This document shows, piece by piece, positions 20,407 to 31,112 of a DNA stretch of 64,000 nucleotides. A program made the position numbers and the translations under genes. The stretch is taken from NCBI GenBank assembly GCA_963782525.1, contig CAWAKC010000003.1, positions 256,001-320,000 of the forward strand, in the 5' to 3' direction. A model generated the notes under the pieces. It was not told the DNA's origin. It ran no database searches and was given only the letters and a program-made list of their open reading frames with translations. Position 1 is the first letter of the stretch; every line of letters starts with the position of its first letter. The stretch is from Candidatus Bathyarchaeota archaeon. Its GTDB lineage: Archaea > Thermoproteota > Bathyarchaeia > Bathyarchaeales > Bathycorpusculaceae.

Positions 20407-21180
20407 ATGACAGTTTTAAAAAGTTTCGAATCATCAGTAGACTTTGTAGACAGGAGTAAGGATTTGAAGTTTCAATATCCGATTAACGAAAAACACAATC
20501 CGATGTTTAGCTCAACTCATGTAATCGTTGCAGCTTTAAATGAAGAAGCCGGAATTGGACTTACAATAGCAGAGCTTAAAGATAATCTTGATTCGCCTCA
20601 CATTTTAGTTGTTGATGGCCATAGCAGCGACAGGACCGTGGAGATTGCGAAAAATCTTGGTGCGGATATTGCCTTCCAAGACGGAGTTGGCAAAGGAGAT
20701 GCTATCGTGAAAGCGCTGAAACTTACAGACGCCGATGCAGATTATGTTGTGCTAACGGATGCTGATTTCACTTACCCTGCTAAGCATGTTCCTGAGATGA
20801 TTAAAATTCTTGAGGAGAATCCAGAGGTGGGTATGGTTTGTGGTAACCGATTTAACTCTCAATTAGACAACAAAGCGTTGATCAACCGATTCTATTTGGG
20901 AAACAAGCTCCTTGCGTTCAGCCATAATATTCTAAACGGCGTAACCCTTCATGATCCATTAACGGGTTTGCGTGTCATTCGAGCAGAAATACTTAGGAAC
21001 TTGAAGTTGAAATCGAATGGCTTTGACATCGAAGTAGAACTAAATAGTATAGTTCAGAAGAGAGGCTACAAAACAATTGAAGTCCCTATACAGTACCGCC
21101 AGAGGCTAGGTGAGAAAAAACTTAAAATGAAGCATGGAGCAACGATATTAAAAAGAATAATGACTGAGATGGAATTCTAA
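20407..21180 (+). CDS. Glycosyltransferase family 2 (dolichol-phosphate hexosyltransferase-like)
   Basis: ALNEE, VVDGHSSDRT, GKGDA, TDADFTYP, GNRF, GFDIEVE, YRQRLGEKKL. Confidence 0.9.
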   Translation: MTVLKSFESSVDFVDRSKDLKFQYPINEKHNPMFSSTHVIVAALNEEAGIGLTIAELKDNLDSPHILVVDGHSSDRTVEIAKNLGADIAFQDGVGKGDAIVKALKLTDADADYVVLTDADFTYPAKHVPEMIKILEENPEVGMVCGNRFNSQLDNKALINRFYLGNKLLAFSHNILNGVTLHDPLTGLRVIRAEILRNLKLKSNGFDIEVELNSIVQKRGYKTIEVPIQYRQRLGEKKLKMKHGATILKRIMTEMEF

Positions 21181-21474
21181 TTTCAAAAATCTGTATAGCA
21201 GTTTGCTGAATTAATTTTTAGTCATATTTTTACTTGTATCTTGTTTTGTTTTTCTTAAAGTGAAGAATCTATTTTGAGCTAGAGCATAAATGGGTATTTG
21301 AACGAGTATTTCGCTGGTTGATTGTAGTTACAAGAGTGGCTTGTTTTTTGCTTTTTCTCTTTTTTGTAGAACTACATTTTTTGTTTGGTTTCCGCAGATA
21401 ATACACACACGATATAATCTCAAACCTCCTTTATGCCGATTATCAGTAGCTTTCCTACAGAGAAGAATGTTTGC

Positions 21475-21801
21475 TTACGATAATACGAAGCCTATGACAA
21501 AACCAACGATTAGTCCTAAACCAAGTGGTAGTATACCCATGAGAAGTACTCCATATTGAACTGCAATAGGACCATACGTATCAGCAACACCTTTCAAGGC
21601 ACCAAGACTTAAACCGAAAAACCCAAAGTAAGCAACTATGACCAGTATAATGGCCGCTATAATAGCGATCTTTAACATTTTGTGAACTAGATAGCCCACG
21701 ACTAGTCCGATGACAAATGGAATAATCATCAAAACTAATGGTGGAATACCGCCGATGCTTCCAGAGGTGATAAAATTAATAACTTGATCTAACGCACCCA
21801 A
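21475..21801 (-). CDS. Small membrane protein (FUN14-like)
   Basis: GLVVGYLVHKMLKIAII...GFVIGF. Confidence 0.6.
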   Translation of the reverse strand: MGALDQVINFITSGSIGGIPPLVLMIIPFVIGLVVGYLVHKMLKIAIIAAIILVIVAYFGFFGLSLGALKGVADTYGPIAVQYGVLLMGILPLGLGLIVGFVIGFVLS

Positions 21802-21854
21802 AAATCAGCAACTCCAAACAAGTAAGGGATGACTACAGCGACTATTAAACACAC

Positions 21855-21876
21855 GTTGTTGCAATCACACAGTCAC
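21855..21876. promoter_or_regulatory. Operator site 6, bidirectional, with a TATA-like box on each side
   Basis: GTTGTTG-CAATCACA-CAGTCAC, followed by AATC-TTAAAATA on plus and GTGTG-TTTAATAG on minus. Confidence 0.7.
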
Positions 21877-22006
21877 AATCTTAAAATAGCTACTAAGCTA
21901 AACTAAATATAAGAATCTTGAAACACTTTTACTCAGCCAGCATGTGTGAATAACATGATTTTTAAGGTTCGGTAAATCTGTTTTCTGGAAGAGGCGTAAT
22001 TATTAG

Positions 22007-22366
22007 ATGTCAGAAAAAATTTCAGTGAGGGAAATAATTGGAGCAATTCTAAGTGAGATAAAAGCCATCCTCAAAGAATACATGAATGAAACAGAGGCTG
22101 CTGTAAAGAAACGCCTCAAAAAACTTATAATCATAAGCATAATTAGCAGTGTTTTGATGGCGCTGGGAATTTCATTTATTGGTTCAGCTTCCTTGTTCAT
22201 ACTTATCGGTTCGTTCAAGTACCTCAGCACTTCTATGCCGGCGTGGGAGGCATTGTACATCATGGGCATCACTTCAGGCATCATAGCAGGTGTGCTCTTT
22301 TTTGGACTTTTCATCATCATACGAAATCAATTGAGATCTCCCGAAAAACCTGATAAGCAAAATTAA
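22007..22366 (+). CDS. Two-TM membrane protein (phage-holin/YqjE-like architecture)
   Basis: N-terminal amphipathic helix, two TM segments, charged tail. Confidence 0.55.
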   Translation: MSEKISVREIIGAILSEIKAILKEYMNETEAAVKKRLKKLIIISIISSVLMALGISFIGSASLFILIGSFKYLSTSMPAWEALYIMGITSGIIAGVLFFGLFIIIRNQLRSPEKPDKQN

Positions 22367-22524
22367 TCCTTGAGCTTTTTCATACAAATGGTTGCATGAA
22401 ATCTCACATTTAAAACTGGGTTCAAATCCAAGTTGAATGTACGAAAAATTATGTGTTAACTCGAAATGCCCACTGCATGTACGCACCAATGTCTTTTGAA
22501 CCCACCAAGGCATAGCTTGCAGTT

Positions 22525-23475
22525 CTATACGATAAGTGGCTCTTTCTTGCTGTCTACAGAAAAACCTCTTGTAGAAAATCTCAGAACCCCCAACGAGACC
22601 AAAACAACAACGACTATTCCAACAGCAATGTATGGCAATATGCTTAGTGTATTGGATACAGCAGTTGGATTCATTATCCCCCCAAGAACTATTGCAAAAA
22701 TAATAATTCCAATTGACAAGACAAAAGAAAACTTGTAGGGTCTATCTGTCTTAGTCTTAACAAGTTTTTTCCTGTCAAGTTCGCCGACAAAAAAATTCAA
22801 GAAAATTCCTATTGACGCTATCAGCAATGGAAGGATAAGTGAAAGAGTTATGTTTTGTAAGCGTAAATCGATGAACTGCCGCAAGCCAAGAACGGAAAAA
22901 AGAAGCAGTAGGAAAAAAAGAGCTATAGATCCGAAAAATATGCTTCTGTCAAGAAACTTTCCTGAGAGAGCGGGACCGTAAGTTCGTCTATTGGGCACTG
23001 GAGTTTCTCCTGGTTTAATATCTTTTGTAGTTCTTCGTGTTAGTCCGGGCAGGTCATTTGAAAGAAAATAGATTTTATGTTTTGGGTCAAGAGGTAATTT
23101 ATTTCCGTTCGAATCATATACTGCTTTGGTCACCATTCTTGAAAAGGGGTATAGCCACTCGACGCCTCGGTCCCTTGTTGTTGTGAATGAATCTAGAAAT
23201 GAATGTAGAAAGACTCCGATGCCAAAAAACGGGTTTATCAAATACACTATTCCGATAAACAAGAAATTGTGAAATAATGCGCGATGTATTTGTCGGCGTC
23301 GAAAGGACTCTTTGCTAAAAAAACCGTATTCTCGATCAAGATCATTAATTGCAGAGCCGATTCCAACCATTAGCGCTATTTCTGGTCTTCCAAACAACAA
23401 AGCTCCAACAATTATGCCAAACACTATGTGAGTAGAAAGATTCATGAGAACAACCGTCGAATTCTGACTGACCAA
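22525..23475 (-). CDS. Membrane metal-dependent hydrolase (YdjM/DUF457-like)
   Basis: THIVFG, NDLD, HRALFHN, HSFLDSFT, GVEWLYPFS. Confidence 0.8.
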   Translation of the reverse strand: MVSQNSTVVLMNLSTHIVFGIIVGALLFGRPEIALMVGIGSAINDLDREYGFFSKESFRRRQIHRALFHNFLFIGIVYLINPFFGIGVFLHSFLDSFTTTRDRGVEWLYPFSRMVTKAVYDSNGNKLPLDPKHKIYFLSNDLPGLTRRTTKDIKPGETPVPNRRTYGPALSGKFLDRSIFFGSIALFFLLLLFSVLGLRQFIDLRLQNITLSLILPLLIASIGIFLNFFVGELDRKKLVKTKTDRPYKFSFVLSIGIIIFAIVLGGIMNPTAVSNTLSILPYIAVGIVVVVLVSLGVLRFSTRGFSVDSKKEPLIV

Positions 23476-23593
23476 TTAATACTGGGTAATTTTAAGAATA
23501 TAAAGGTAATTAGCCTCGGAACCTCACTTTTTCTTAGCCAATTCTAGCCCAGAATCCTATAACGGTTACAGTAGGCTTGACAGGAGGATTTAC

Positions 23594-23761
23594 TTAATTT
23601 TGAACTATTCCAATAATGATTATTATGATTCCAAATGTTGTCCTTATCGCTCTAATTAGTTGTTCAGGAAAACTCTGCTTTGAATATTTAATTATGCTCA
23701 AAACTCCATCTATGATTAGCCAAAGACCTAAACCAACCAGAACCGTAGAGAGAGCATTCAA
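23594..23761 (-). CDS. Small two-TM membrane protein (55 aa, not in ORF track)
   Basis: TTG start after GGTGA RBS. MNALSTVLVGLGLWLIIDGVLSIIKYSKQSFPEQLIRAIRTTFGIIIIIIGIVQN. Confidence 0.55.
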   Translation of the reverse strand: MNALSTVLVGLGLWLIIDGVLSIIKYSKQSFPEQLIRAIRTTFGIIIIIIGIVQN

Positions 23762-24057
23762 TAACCTTCACCTTCTCAACTTATTCTTTTAAGGCAACAT
23801 TCTCTCAATAAGATAATTCTCAATTAAGTTAATCCTTTCGGATTCTCCAAAGATTAAAAGGAACATCAGTTCGGACATTGGCGATTAAAGATTTAGCTGC
23901 TAAACCTGGTTTCTAATTTAACTTAGGGCTAACCTTTTTATTCGCGGTCACCTAAAAGGTATTATAGAATTTTTGTTTGCAGCATAAACTAAGTCCTAAT
24001 GAAAAACAGAATTCCGTTCTGGTCAAAAATGACTGAAAACTACGATATACAGGCATT

Positions 24058-24438
24058 ATGTTGCCTTCAAACAGTTCTAAATCCCTTATTTATTGGATAA
24101 GGGAGGTGAATTCATATATGGCAGACTCGTCAATTTCTCGAATAGCATACATTTTAGCCCTTATAGGTGGAATACTGCTAGTAATCTTTGGATTATTGGA
24201 TCTGATTGGTTTCACCGGATTGGCAATAGTCCATTTTAGTTTCTATGCTTTTACTTATGCGGGGATTGTTTCTCTAATTTGCGGAGTTATTGCAATCATC
24301 GGTGCCAGAAGCGCAAGTACTCTCGTCTGGGCAATCGTACTCATAATAGTAGGAATCATTGGCGGAGGACTAGGCGGACTATTAGTTGTTTTGGGAGGAT
24401 TACTTGGACTAATCGTAGTGATAACCAAAAGGACATAG
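24058..24438 (+). CDS. Gly-rich small membrane protein
   Basis: GGAGGTGA RBS before ATG 24118, and 4 TM helices. Confidence 0.7.
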   Translation: MLPSNSSKSLIYWIREVNSYMADSSISRIAYILALIGGILLVIFGLLDLIGFTGLAIVHFSFYAFTYAGIVSLICGVIAIIGARSASTLVWAIVLIIVGIIGGGLGGLLVVLGGLLGLIVVITKRT

Positions 24439-24565
24439 GTATGCTCTAATACATCATGAATTTTTTATAATCCCTTTTTAGTTTGTGTGAGTCAAGTTAG
24501 CGAAATCGAGTTTTGACAAAAAAACAAGCCAATCCGTTGAGTCTTGTTAGAAATCAGGGGAAAAA

Positions 24566-25537
24566 ATGAACGAAATAATAAACCAGCCTTCTATAAAAGA
24601 AGAGGACCTAACGGTAAATAATGAAAAAAAGCAAATGCGATCAGAAGGCGAAATTAGGAAGGCGATAAAAGATTCCAAGGTTCTTTATCTTAGTTTGAGT
24701 GGTGGCTGGGGACAGACAAGACATTGGATAAAACAATGGGAGAAAAATAACGGCAAAAAGATAGATGAAGCCGCTGATTGGCACGACTCCGGATACATAT
24801 GTCCTTATTGCGCAGAAATAATTGCGGAATTTGATTTGCCTCCGCCGATTTCGACTACAATTTACAAATGTTGCAACAATCATAGATTTTCTCACAAAAT
24901 GATGACCGTAAAAGAAAAACAAATGCTGAAGGATGAAGAAAAACAAGATATATTATATGAAGCCCGCGCTGCAAAAAAAGCTGAGCAAGAACAGGTAGGC
25001 AAAAAGTTTGTTGAAAATGTCAAGTACGCTTTCCGCATGGTTAGAAGGACACCCTACATAGACGCTACGATCATAAAACGTGAATATCAGGAGCATCGAG
25101 AGTTCTATCACCAAAAAATGAACAGCGCATTCAAAAGTAGAACAAACAACATTTCGATTGGAGCTTTCGATAGCCTATTTAGTGCAGTTGACTTCAGCGA
25201 TACATCAACTCTTTGGGAAAGAAAAGCAGGACTTGCCAAGAGTATAAATGACAATAAGATTGATGTTATGGGAGCATTAATTGGGGCAATGTCAGCGTAT
25301 ATCGGTTCTCTTGGGGTACTTTTTCCAATTATACTCTTAGTTATTACTGAAGGAATTGCAGCTTTTGGCAATTATCTTGTGTATGGGTTCTTTGCAATCA
25401 TGTTCTTCGGATTCTACGAAGGCTACTTTAACCAAAACAGACTCAAAAGATTGGTAAAGGAACATAAAGACTACACAAGTGAATTTGATGAAATCACAGA
25501 CTTGATTGAAAGGAAAAAGGATTTACGAATCCGATAA
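24566..25537 (+). CDS. Hypothetical protein with Zn-ribbon and two C-terminal TM helices
   Basis: CPYC...CCNNH and a hydrophobic hairpin near the C-terminus. Confidence 0.6.
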   Translation: MNEIINQPSIKEEDLTVNNEKKQMRSEGEIRKAIKDSKVLYLSLSGGWGQTRHWIKQWEKNNGKKIDEAADWHDSGYICPYCAEIIAEFDLPPPISTTIYKCCNNHRFSHKMMTVKEKQMLKDEEKQDILYEARAAKKAEQEQVGKKFVENVKYAFRMVRRTPYIDATIIKREYQEHREFYHQKMNSAFKSRTNNISIGAFDSLFSAVDFSDTSTLWERKAGLAKSINDNKIDVMGALIGAMSAYIGSLGVLFPIILLVITEGIAAFGNYLVYGFFAIMFFGFYEGYFNQNRLKRLVKEHKDYTSEFDEITDLIERKKDLRIR

Positions 25538-25655
25538 TTTTCCTGATTTTCAAAATTTAGTCCCTCATCTAATGAGTTTATTCTGTTCACTTGAGGTTAA
25601 AAACCAACAAACCCAGCCCCAGCATTTCACTTAGCATCATTTTACGAGGGAGGTT

Positions 25656-28187
25656 TTAGAATTTCACCCGCTTGTAGAAAATTTCTTTCACCACTTCGCC
25701 CAAGATTATGTAGAATACAACAATTATTGCCATCAAAACAAGAACCAAGAGCGACGGTTGGGCAAAACCAAATAGTTTTCCAAGTGGAGTGAAGGGGAAA
25801 ATAAGAGTGGCCACAACAATCGTTATGGTGGTTAAAAGCAAATACTTCCCAGGATAACTTTTGAAGAATGGTCTTCTGCTCCGAATAACGAGTACAATTA
25901 GACTTGCGGAAAGGACCGATTCTATGAACCATCCGGTCCTAAATAGCTCCTTAGGACTTTGCAGAATAAAAATCAGCACGCCAAATGCAATATAATCAAA
26001 AACTGAACTTAGGACGCCGAAAACTATCATGAAATTGCGGATGAATTTGACGTTCCAGCGCCGGGGTTGTTCAACCATTTCACTGTCTACGTTGTCTGTG
26101 CCTATGGTTGTCTCTGGGAAATCTGTCATTAGATTGGTAAGTAAAATCTGCCTAGGCAAAAGAGGCAGAAATGACAAAAAGAGCGATGCGCCTGCCATGC
26201 TGAACATGTTTCCGAAATTTGCGCTTGTTGCCATAAACACGTACTTTAATGTGTTGGCAAATGTTTTTCTTCCTTCCTTTACTCCATTAGCCAGAACAGC
26301 TAAGTCTTTTTCAAGCAAAACAATATCGGCGGCTTCTTTGGCAACATCCACTGCGCTGTCAACCGATAGACCAACATCAGCGGCGTGAAGGGCAGAAGCA
26401 TCGTTGATTCCATCACCCATGTAGCCAACCACGTTTCCTGCTTTCTTGAGTGCAAGAATGATGCGTTCCTTCTGGTTTGGCTCGACCTCTGCGAAAACAT
26501 TTACTTCATTTACTTGACGAAGCAGCGCCTCATCACTTAAGATGCGGAGATCTGGACCTGCAAGAATTTTTGGCGTTGGAAACCCTACTTGTTGACTGAT
26601 GCTGGCTGCAACCAATCGGTTGTCTCCAGTTACAATTTTTAGGGAAATTCCTAACTGTTTTAACTCTTTGACAGTTTCGGCGATTTTTGGCTTGGCAGGA
26701 TCAAATAGAACAAGGAACCCTCAGAAAGTCATGCCTGCTTCACTGTCTTTGGCGATAACTTTGTCGGAGCCGATGTCTTTGTAGGCTATCCCCAGAACGC
26801 GAAAACCTTTACTACTTAGTTCTCCAAAACGTTGTTCAATCTGGTTTTGAACCCCAGCTATCGGGACAATCGTCGCTTCGGAAGTTTTAACCAAGGTGCA
26901 TACGTCAAGCACATTTTGAAGAGCACCTTTGGTGACCATCAAATTCTTGTTGTCTTTTGTCACTAAAATGCTTAGACGCTTTCGAATAAAATCGTACGGC
27001 ACCTCATCCAGCTTCATATACCCAGAAGCATCGACCTGAGCACCACAAATAGCATCATCAATCGGATTTGTAAAACCTGTCTGATTAGAAGCATTAAGAA
27101 ACGCGTAAAGTTGCGCTTTTGGGCTTGGGTTCCCGTTAAAGTCAACTATAGACTGTATTTTTATGATGCCTTCTGTGAGGGTTCCTGTTTTGTCGGAGCA
27201 GAGTACGTTCATGCTGCCGAAGTTCTCGATGGATGCAAGCCGTTTAACAATCACCTTCTGGGTTGCCATGATCTTGGCGCCGTGAGCTAAGTTAATGCTG
27301 ATAATTGCTGGCAATAGTTGAGGGGTTAGTCCAACGGCGAGCGCTAAGGAAAAGAGAAGAGAATCTAGCACAGAACGGGCAAAATACACATTTATAGCTA
27401 AAGTAACGACCACAAGCACCAACGTTACTTCCATGAGGAGATAGCCGAAATGCCGGACTCCAAGTTCAAACTCTGTTTCAGGCGGTCTGAGTTTTAGTCG
27501 TGCAGAGACTTTGCCGAACTCTGTTTGTAACCCAGTTCCTACAATAACTGCTTGGGCGTCACCACTAACCACGTTGGTTCCCATGAAAAGACTGTTTGTC
27601 CGCTGACTAAGACCCGTTGCTTGAGGCAGAACGCCAGCAGTTTTTTCAGCAGGAAAAGTTTCGCCAGTTAAGGATGATTCGTTAACGAAGAGATCCTTTG
27701 ATTCAAGAATTATTGAATCTCCAGGAATCAAATCCCCAGCATTGAGGTGAATGACATCGCCCGGCACAATTTCCTCAACAGGTATTTCCTTTTGGTTTCC
27801 ATCGCGAAATACACTTGCTTTGGTCTGAACGATGGCCAGCAGTTTATCGACAGCGTTTGCAGCACCCCTCTCCTGCCAAAATCCGAGAAGACTGCTTATG
27901 AGGATAATCGTCAGGATAATGGCAGAATTCACGGAATCGCCTAGGAAGAATGACAGAGCGCCTGCAAAGATGAGGATGAGTATAAGTGGACTTTTAAATT
28001 GAGTTAACAAGAGTGTTAGCGTGTCTGATCTTTTCTTGGGCTTAAGAAGGTTGGAACCGTATTTTGTGAGCCTTTTTTGAGCTTCATCTTGAGTCAAGCC
28101 TTTTGAGGTCGTCTGCAGTTGCTGAAGAAGCTCAGAAGTAGGAACACTCCAAAATGAAGATTGATTCTGGCTATCTTGATTACTCAG
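25656..28187 (-). pseudogene. mgtA: Mg2+-transporting P-type ATPase interrupted by one in-frame TGA (26721-26723)
   Basis: LTGE, DKTGTLT, KGA, TGDN, GDGIND, SANFGN motifs. The two ORFs are in the same frame: GMTF*GFLVLFDP. Confidence 0.85.
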
Positions 28188-28525
28188 AGAAAACGCCTGG
28201 CAGTTAACTGCTATGCCTGAAACGATTAATTGAAAGCTAGTCTATAAACCGTTTTATTGAAGGTTCAGCGTTGGGCATCTACCAGTGGTTATAACTTATT
28301 TTCAAACATAATTTTCGCTTTACGAAATTAACACGAAAGGATCCAATGAAAACTAAAATGCTCCATCGGAATTTTCCGCAACAGATATATTATTAAAAAC
28401 CCGAGTTAAATTAGGTGTTTTTCAAAATATATTGAAATTACTATTGTTGGGGACATTTGATCATGATAATTCATTAGTTCATTCAATATCTTTTGATAAA
28501 CCCATATTATTAGGGCTGTGATGCT

Positions 28526-29041
28526 TTGGAAAAACGTGTTTTAGATATCGTGGATTCGTTAAGATTAAGAATTATGCGGTTGACTAGGCATAGAGCACGA
28601 GAAATTAACATCGATGTGTTTGCTAATCCCGAGAAGTACTTGCTACGGTTGCCAATAGAAAAAATCGTCGCCGATTCAAAAGTTGATCCGGAAGCCATAG
28701 AGATGTACAAGAAGAAGATCAAAAACGGAGAGAAAATTGCACCCTTAATCGTTGTTAAGCATCCAAAATTTGATGTATACGCAGTTTTAGATGGTCATCA
28801 CCGGTATTACGCTCTTTTAGAATCGGGAAAGAAAGAAGTTGATTGCGCCCTGGCCGGAGATTTCTCTAGCCTAATGTTTTACATGACTGAACAAGGTTAT
28901 TTTCAACCAAAACCGCAAACCAAAGAAGAAAACCAAAAAAAGATTATCCATTTACACGAAAATGTCCAAGATTTTCTTCAGAATTTTCTGAAAGACCCAA
29001 ACAAATTACAAAAACCCAAGAGAGAAAACCAACCAATCTAA
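28526..29041 (+). CDS. ParB/Sulfiredoxin N-terminal domain protein
   Basis: IAPLIVVK...YAVLDGHHRYYAL. Confidence 0.8.
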   Translation: MEKRVLDIVDSLRLRIMRLTRHRAREINIDVFANPEKYLLRLPIEKIVADSKVDPEAIEMYKKKIKNGEKIAPLIVVKHPKFDVYAVLDGHHRYYALLESGKKEVDCALAGDFSSLMFYMTEQGYFQPKPQTKEENQKKIIHLHENVQDFLQNFLKDPNKLQKPKRENQPI

Positions 29042-29179
29042 TGGTTAGTTCAGAATTTTGAACCCCTAAAAAAAGTTGACTTTGGGAGCAAGCGGAAAAA
29101 AATTGTAATGACGACTATAAGAGTGCTGAGGAAAGAATCATATGAGGGTAAAGCAAAAAGAACTATGGAGAAATGACTT

Positions 29180-29938
29180 TTGGTTGAGCAAGGTATAGAG
29201 AAAGTCGAGAACATGGTTCCGACAAAAAATGCGCCGACTAAAGTCAAAAATGAAAGGCATTCACGCCCCACTCTTCTATCCAATTTTATTCTTGGAAGTC
29301 AGGATGGTCTGGTAAATGTTTTGGGTATTCTTCTGGGCTTGACGGCGGCAACCACTGATGTCCGAATTTTCTTCGTAGCCGCTCTCGCCGCTCTGGGAGC
29401 TGAATCTATATCGATGGGAGCTGTTGCTTACACGTCGACTTCGGCGAGGCGGAGAGTCTATCTAAAAGAAGCCAATAGAGAAACTCAAGAGATGAAAGAT
29501 GTTCCAGAAATTGAAAGAGAAGAAGTACGAGGGATCTTTAGACGTTGGGGTTATGAGGGGAACGATCTTGAAGATTTGACAGAGCATATTGTCAAAAATT
29601 CGAAGGCCATGCTTGATTTGATGATGTCTTACGAACTCGATCTTGCACCGGTTGAAAAGTCTGAAGCTCGTCGAAGCGCCTTTGTTGTCGGTTCTTCCAC
29701 AATATTTGGTTCTTTCATCCCTTTATTGCCATATCTTTTCGTTGGAAAAAATATTCTTCTAGGAACCGAAGCTTCAGTGATTTTCAGCGGTGTTGCTCTT
29801 TTCTGCATCGGGATCTACGAAGCGAAGACTACAGTTGGCTCTCTCTGGAAGAGTGGTTTGCAAATGGCAACAATCGGGTTGACTGCCGGTCTTGCAGGAT
29901 TCTTGATCGGTCACTTCATAGGTGCTTTACCCCTGTAA
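29180..29938 (+). CDS. VIT1/CCC1 family Fe/Mn transporter
   Basis: ILGSQDGLV, AESISMGA, ERE-rich cytoplasmic domain, GSFIPLLPY. Confidence 0.9.
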   Translation: MVEQGIEKVENMVPTKNAPTKVKNERHSRPTLLSNFILGSQDGLVNVLGILLGLTAATTDVRIFFVAALAALGAESISMGAVAYTSTSARRRVYLKEANRETQEMKDVPEIEREEVRGIFRRWGYEGNDLEDLTEHIVKNSKAMLDLMMSYELDLAPVEKSEARRSAFVVGSSTIFGSFIPLLPYLFVGKNILLGTEASVIFSGVALFCIGIYEAKTTVGSLWKSGLQMATIGLTAGLAGFLIGHFIGALPL

Positions 29939-30110
29939 ATCCAGAGACTTTGTGGATTTAGTTTTTCAGATTTTTTCGCAGGATTTGTTTGGGCGATGCC
30001 ACCTTCTCCTTCAACAACGACTTTGATTCGTATTCGATACCCTGGCCACGACCGTTTTAAAGTATCTAAAGTCAATGAAATTTTGATCTATTCTTGATTC
30101 ATTATAATTT

Positions 30111-30132
30111 GTGATTGACACACCACAATAAC
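30111..30132 (+). promoter_or_regulatory. Operator site 7 plus TATA
   Basis: GTGATTG-ACACACCA-CAATAAC-AAGAG-ATTATAT upstream of 30206. Confidence 0.6.
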
Positions 30133-30205
30133 AAGAGATTATATCGACGCTAACTTACTCATGGTAATATAAGACCAATATGACCTGTAACCGGAGATTA
30201 TCTAA

Positions 30206-30610
30206 GTGGCAAAATCAAAATCAGTCATTGCTGTAGCGGCAATCGTAGTTATCATAGTCGCAGCTTTTGCGGTCTACGCAGGTGAAACATACCCCCGAAC
30301 TATAGTGAACACGCAGTTTTCTTTCACAATAGGCGCTGACACAAAGACAACAACGTTTAACCAACCATTCCTAGACGACAAAGTGCAAGTTATAGTGACT
30401 GTCCAAAATGGAGCGGCATTATGGCGAGCCCAAATCCGAAGCGGCGACCAAGTTATCTGGGAACATGCGGCAGCACAAGGAGAGCAGCAAAGCTACAACA
30501 GCGGCGGAATCCAATTGCCCAGCGGGAACTATAATTTCACCTTCGGAACAATCGGCTTCGGTTCACTAGATGCAACTGCGACAGTCACATCTAAAGGCGG
30601 CTTCTGGTAA
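30206..30610 (+). CDS. Secreted/membrane-anchored beta-sandwich hypothetical protein
   Basis: N-terminal basic plus hydrophobic segment, and GGAG RBS. Confidence 0.65.
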   Translation: MAKSKSVIAVAAIVVIIVAAFAVYAGETYPRTIVNTQFSFTIGADTKTTTFNQPFLDDKVQVIVTVQNGAALWRAQIRSGDQVIWEHAAAQGEQQSYNSGGIQLPSGNYNFTFGTIGFGSLDATATVTSKGGFW

Positions 30611-31075
30611 AAAATGAGGTTTTTTGAAAGAAGTCTATTTTTCTTATAATTTCTCTTTCCATAGTTGTGCCAAGGAGTTTTCCATTATCACTCAAATTGC
30701 ACGAAGGGCGTGCAGGTTTGTCAAAAGACTTTTGTAAAATTCAAGACTAACTAATTTCTACTAACAGTTGCAATGGTAATCTCTATAGAAAATTTCTGGA
30801 GGTTTTCTGAATTGGAGCTTCATGCACCCACACAATCAAATTTTCGGGAATCACAGTACACGTACCAATCCTCTTGATTTCGTGCTTTTCTTCAAAGGCG
30901 TAGTTTTTCTGGCAACTCCAGTGTTATTTTTTTTTCATTTGTTCGGGGCGTCAAAATATGAGGAAGAGAGAAAAACCGAGAGTCCTTCGGAGCTATTGTT
31001 AACTCAGATTCGCCAAATTAGAATTTCTTTCTGCGCCTTCTTTGTTTCTCCTTACGGTTTAGTTTGAATAAAAGT

Positions 31076-31097
31076 GTGACTGGCACCATGCAATAAC
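31076..31097 (+). promoter_or_regulatory. Operator site 8 plus TATA
   Basis: GTGACTG-GCACCATG-CAATAAC-AAAAG-TTTATG upstream of the DUF5752 gene. Confidence 0.65.
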
Positions 31098-31112
31098 AAA
31101 AGTTTATGGGTT

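Noticed and set aside
26721-26723. Selenocysteine at the mgtA TGA
   Set aside because: The position corresponds to Leu, not Cys, and no SECIS-like element was recognised.
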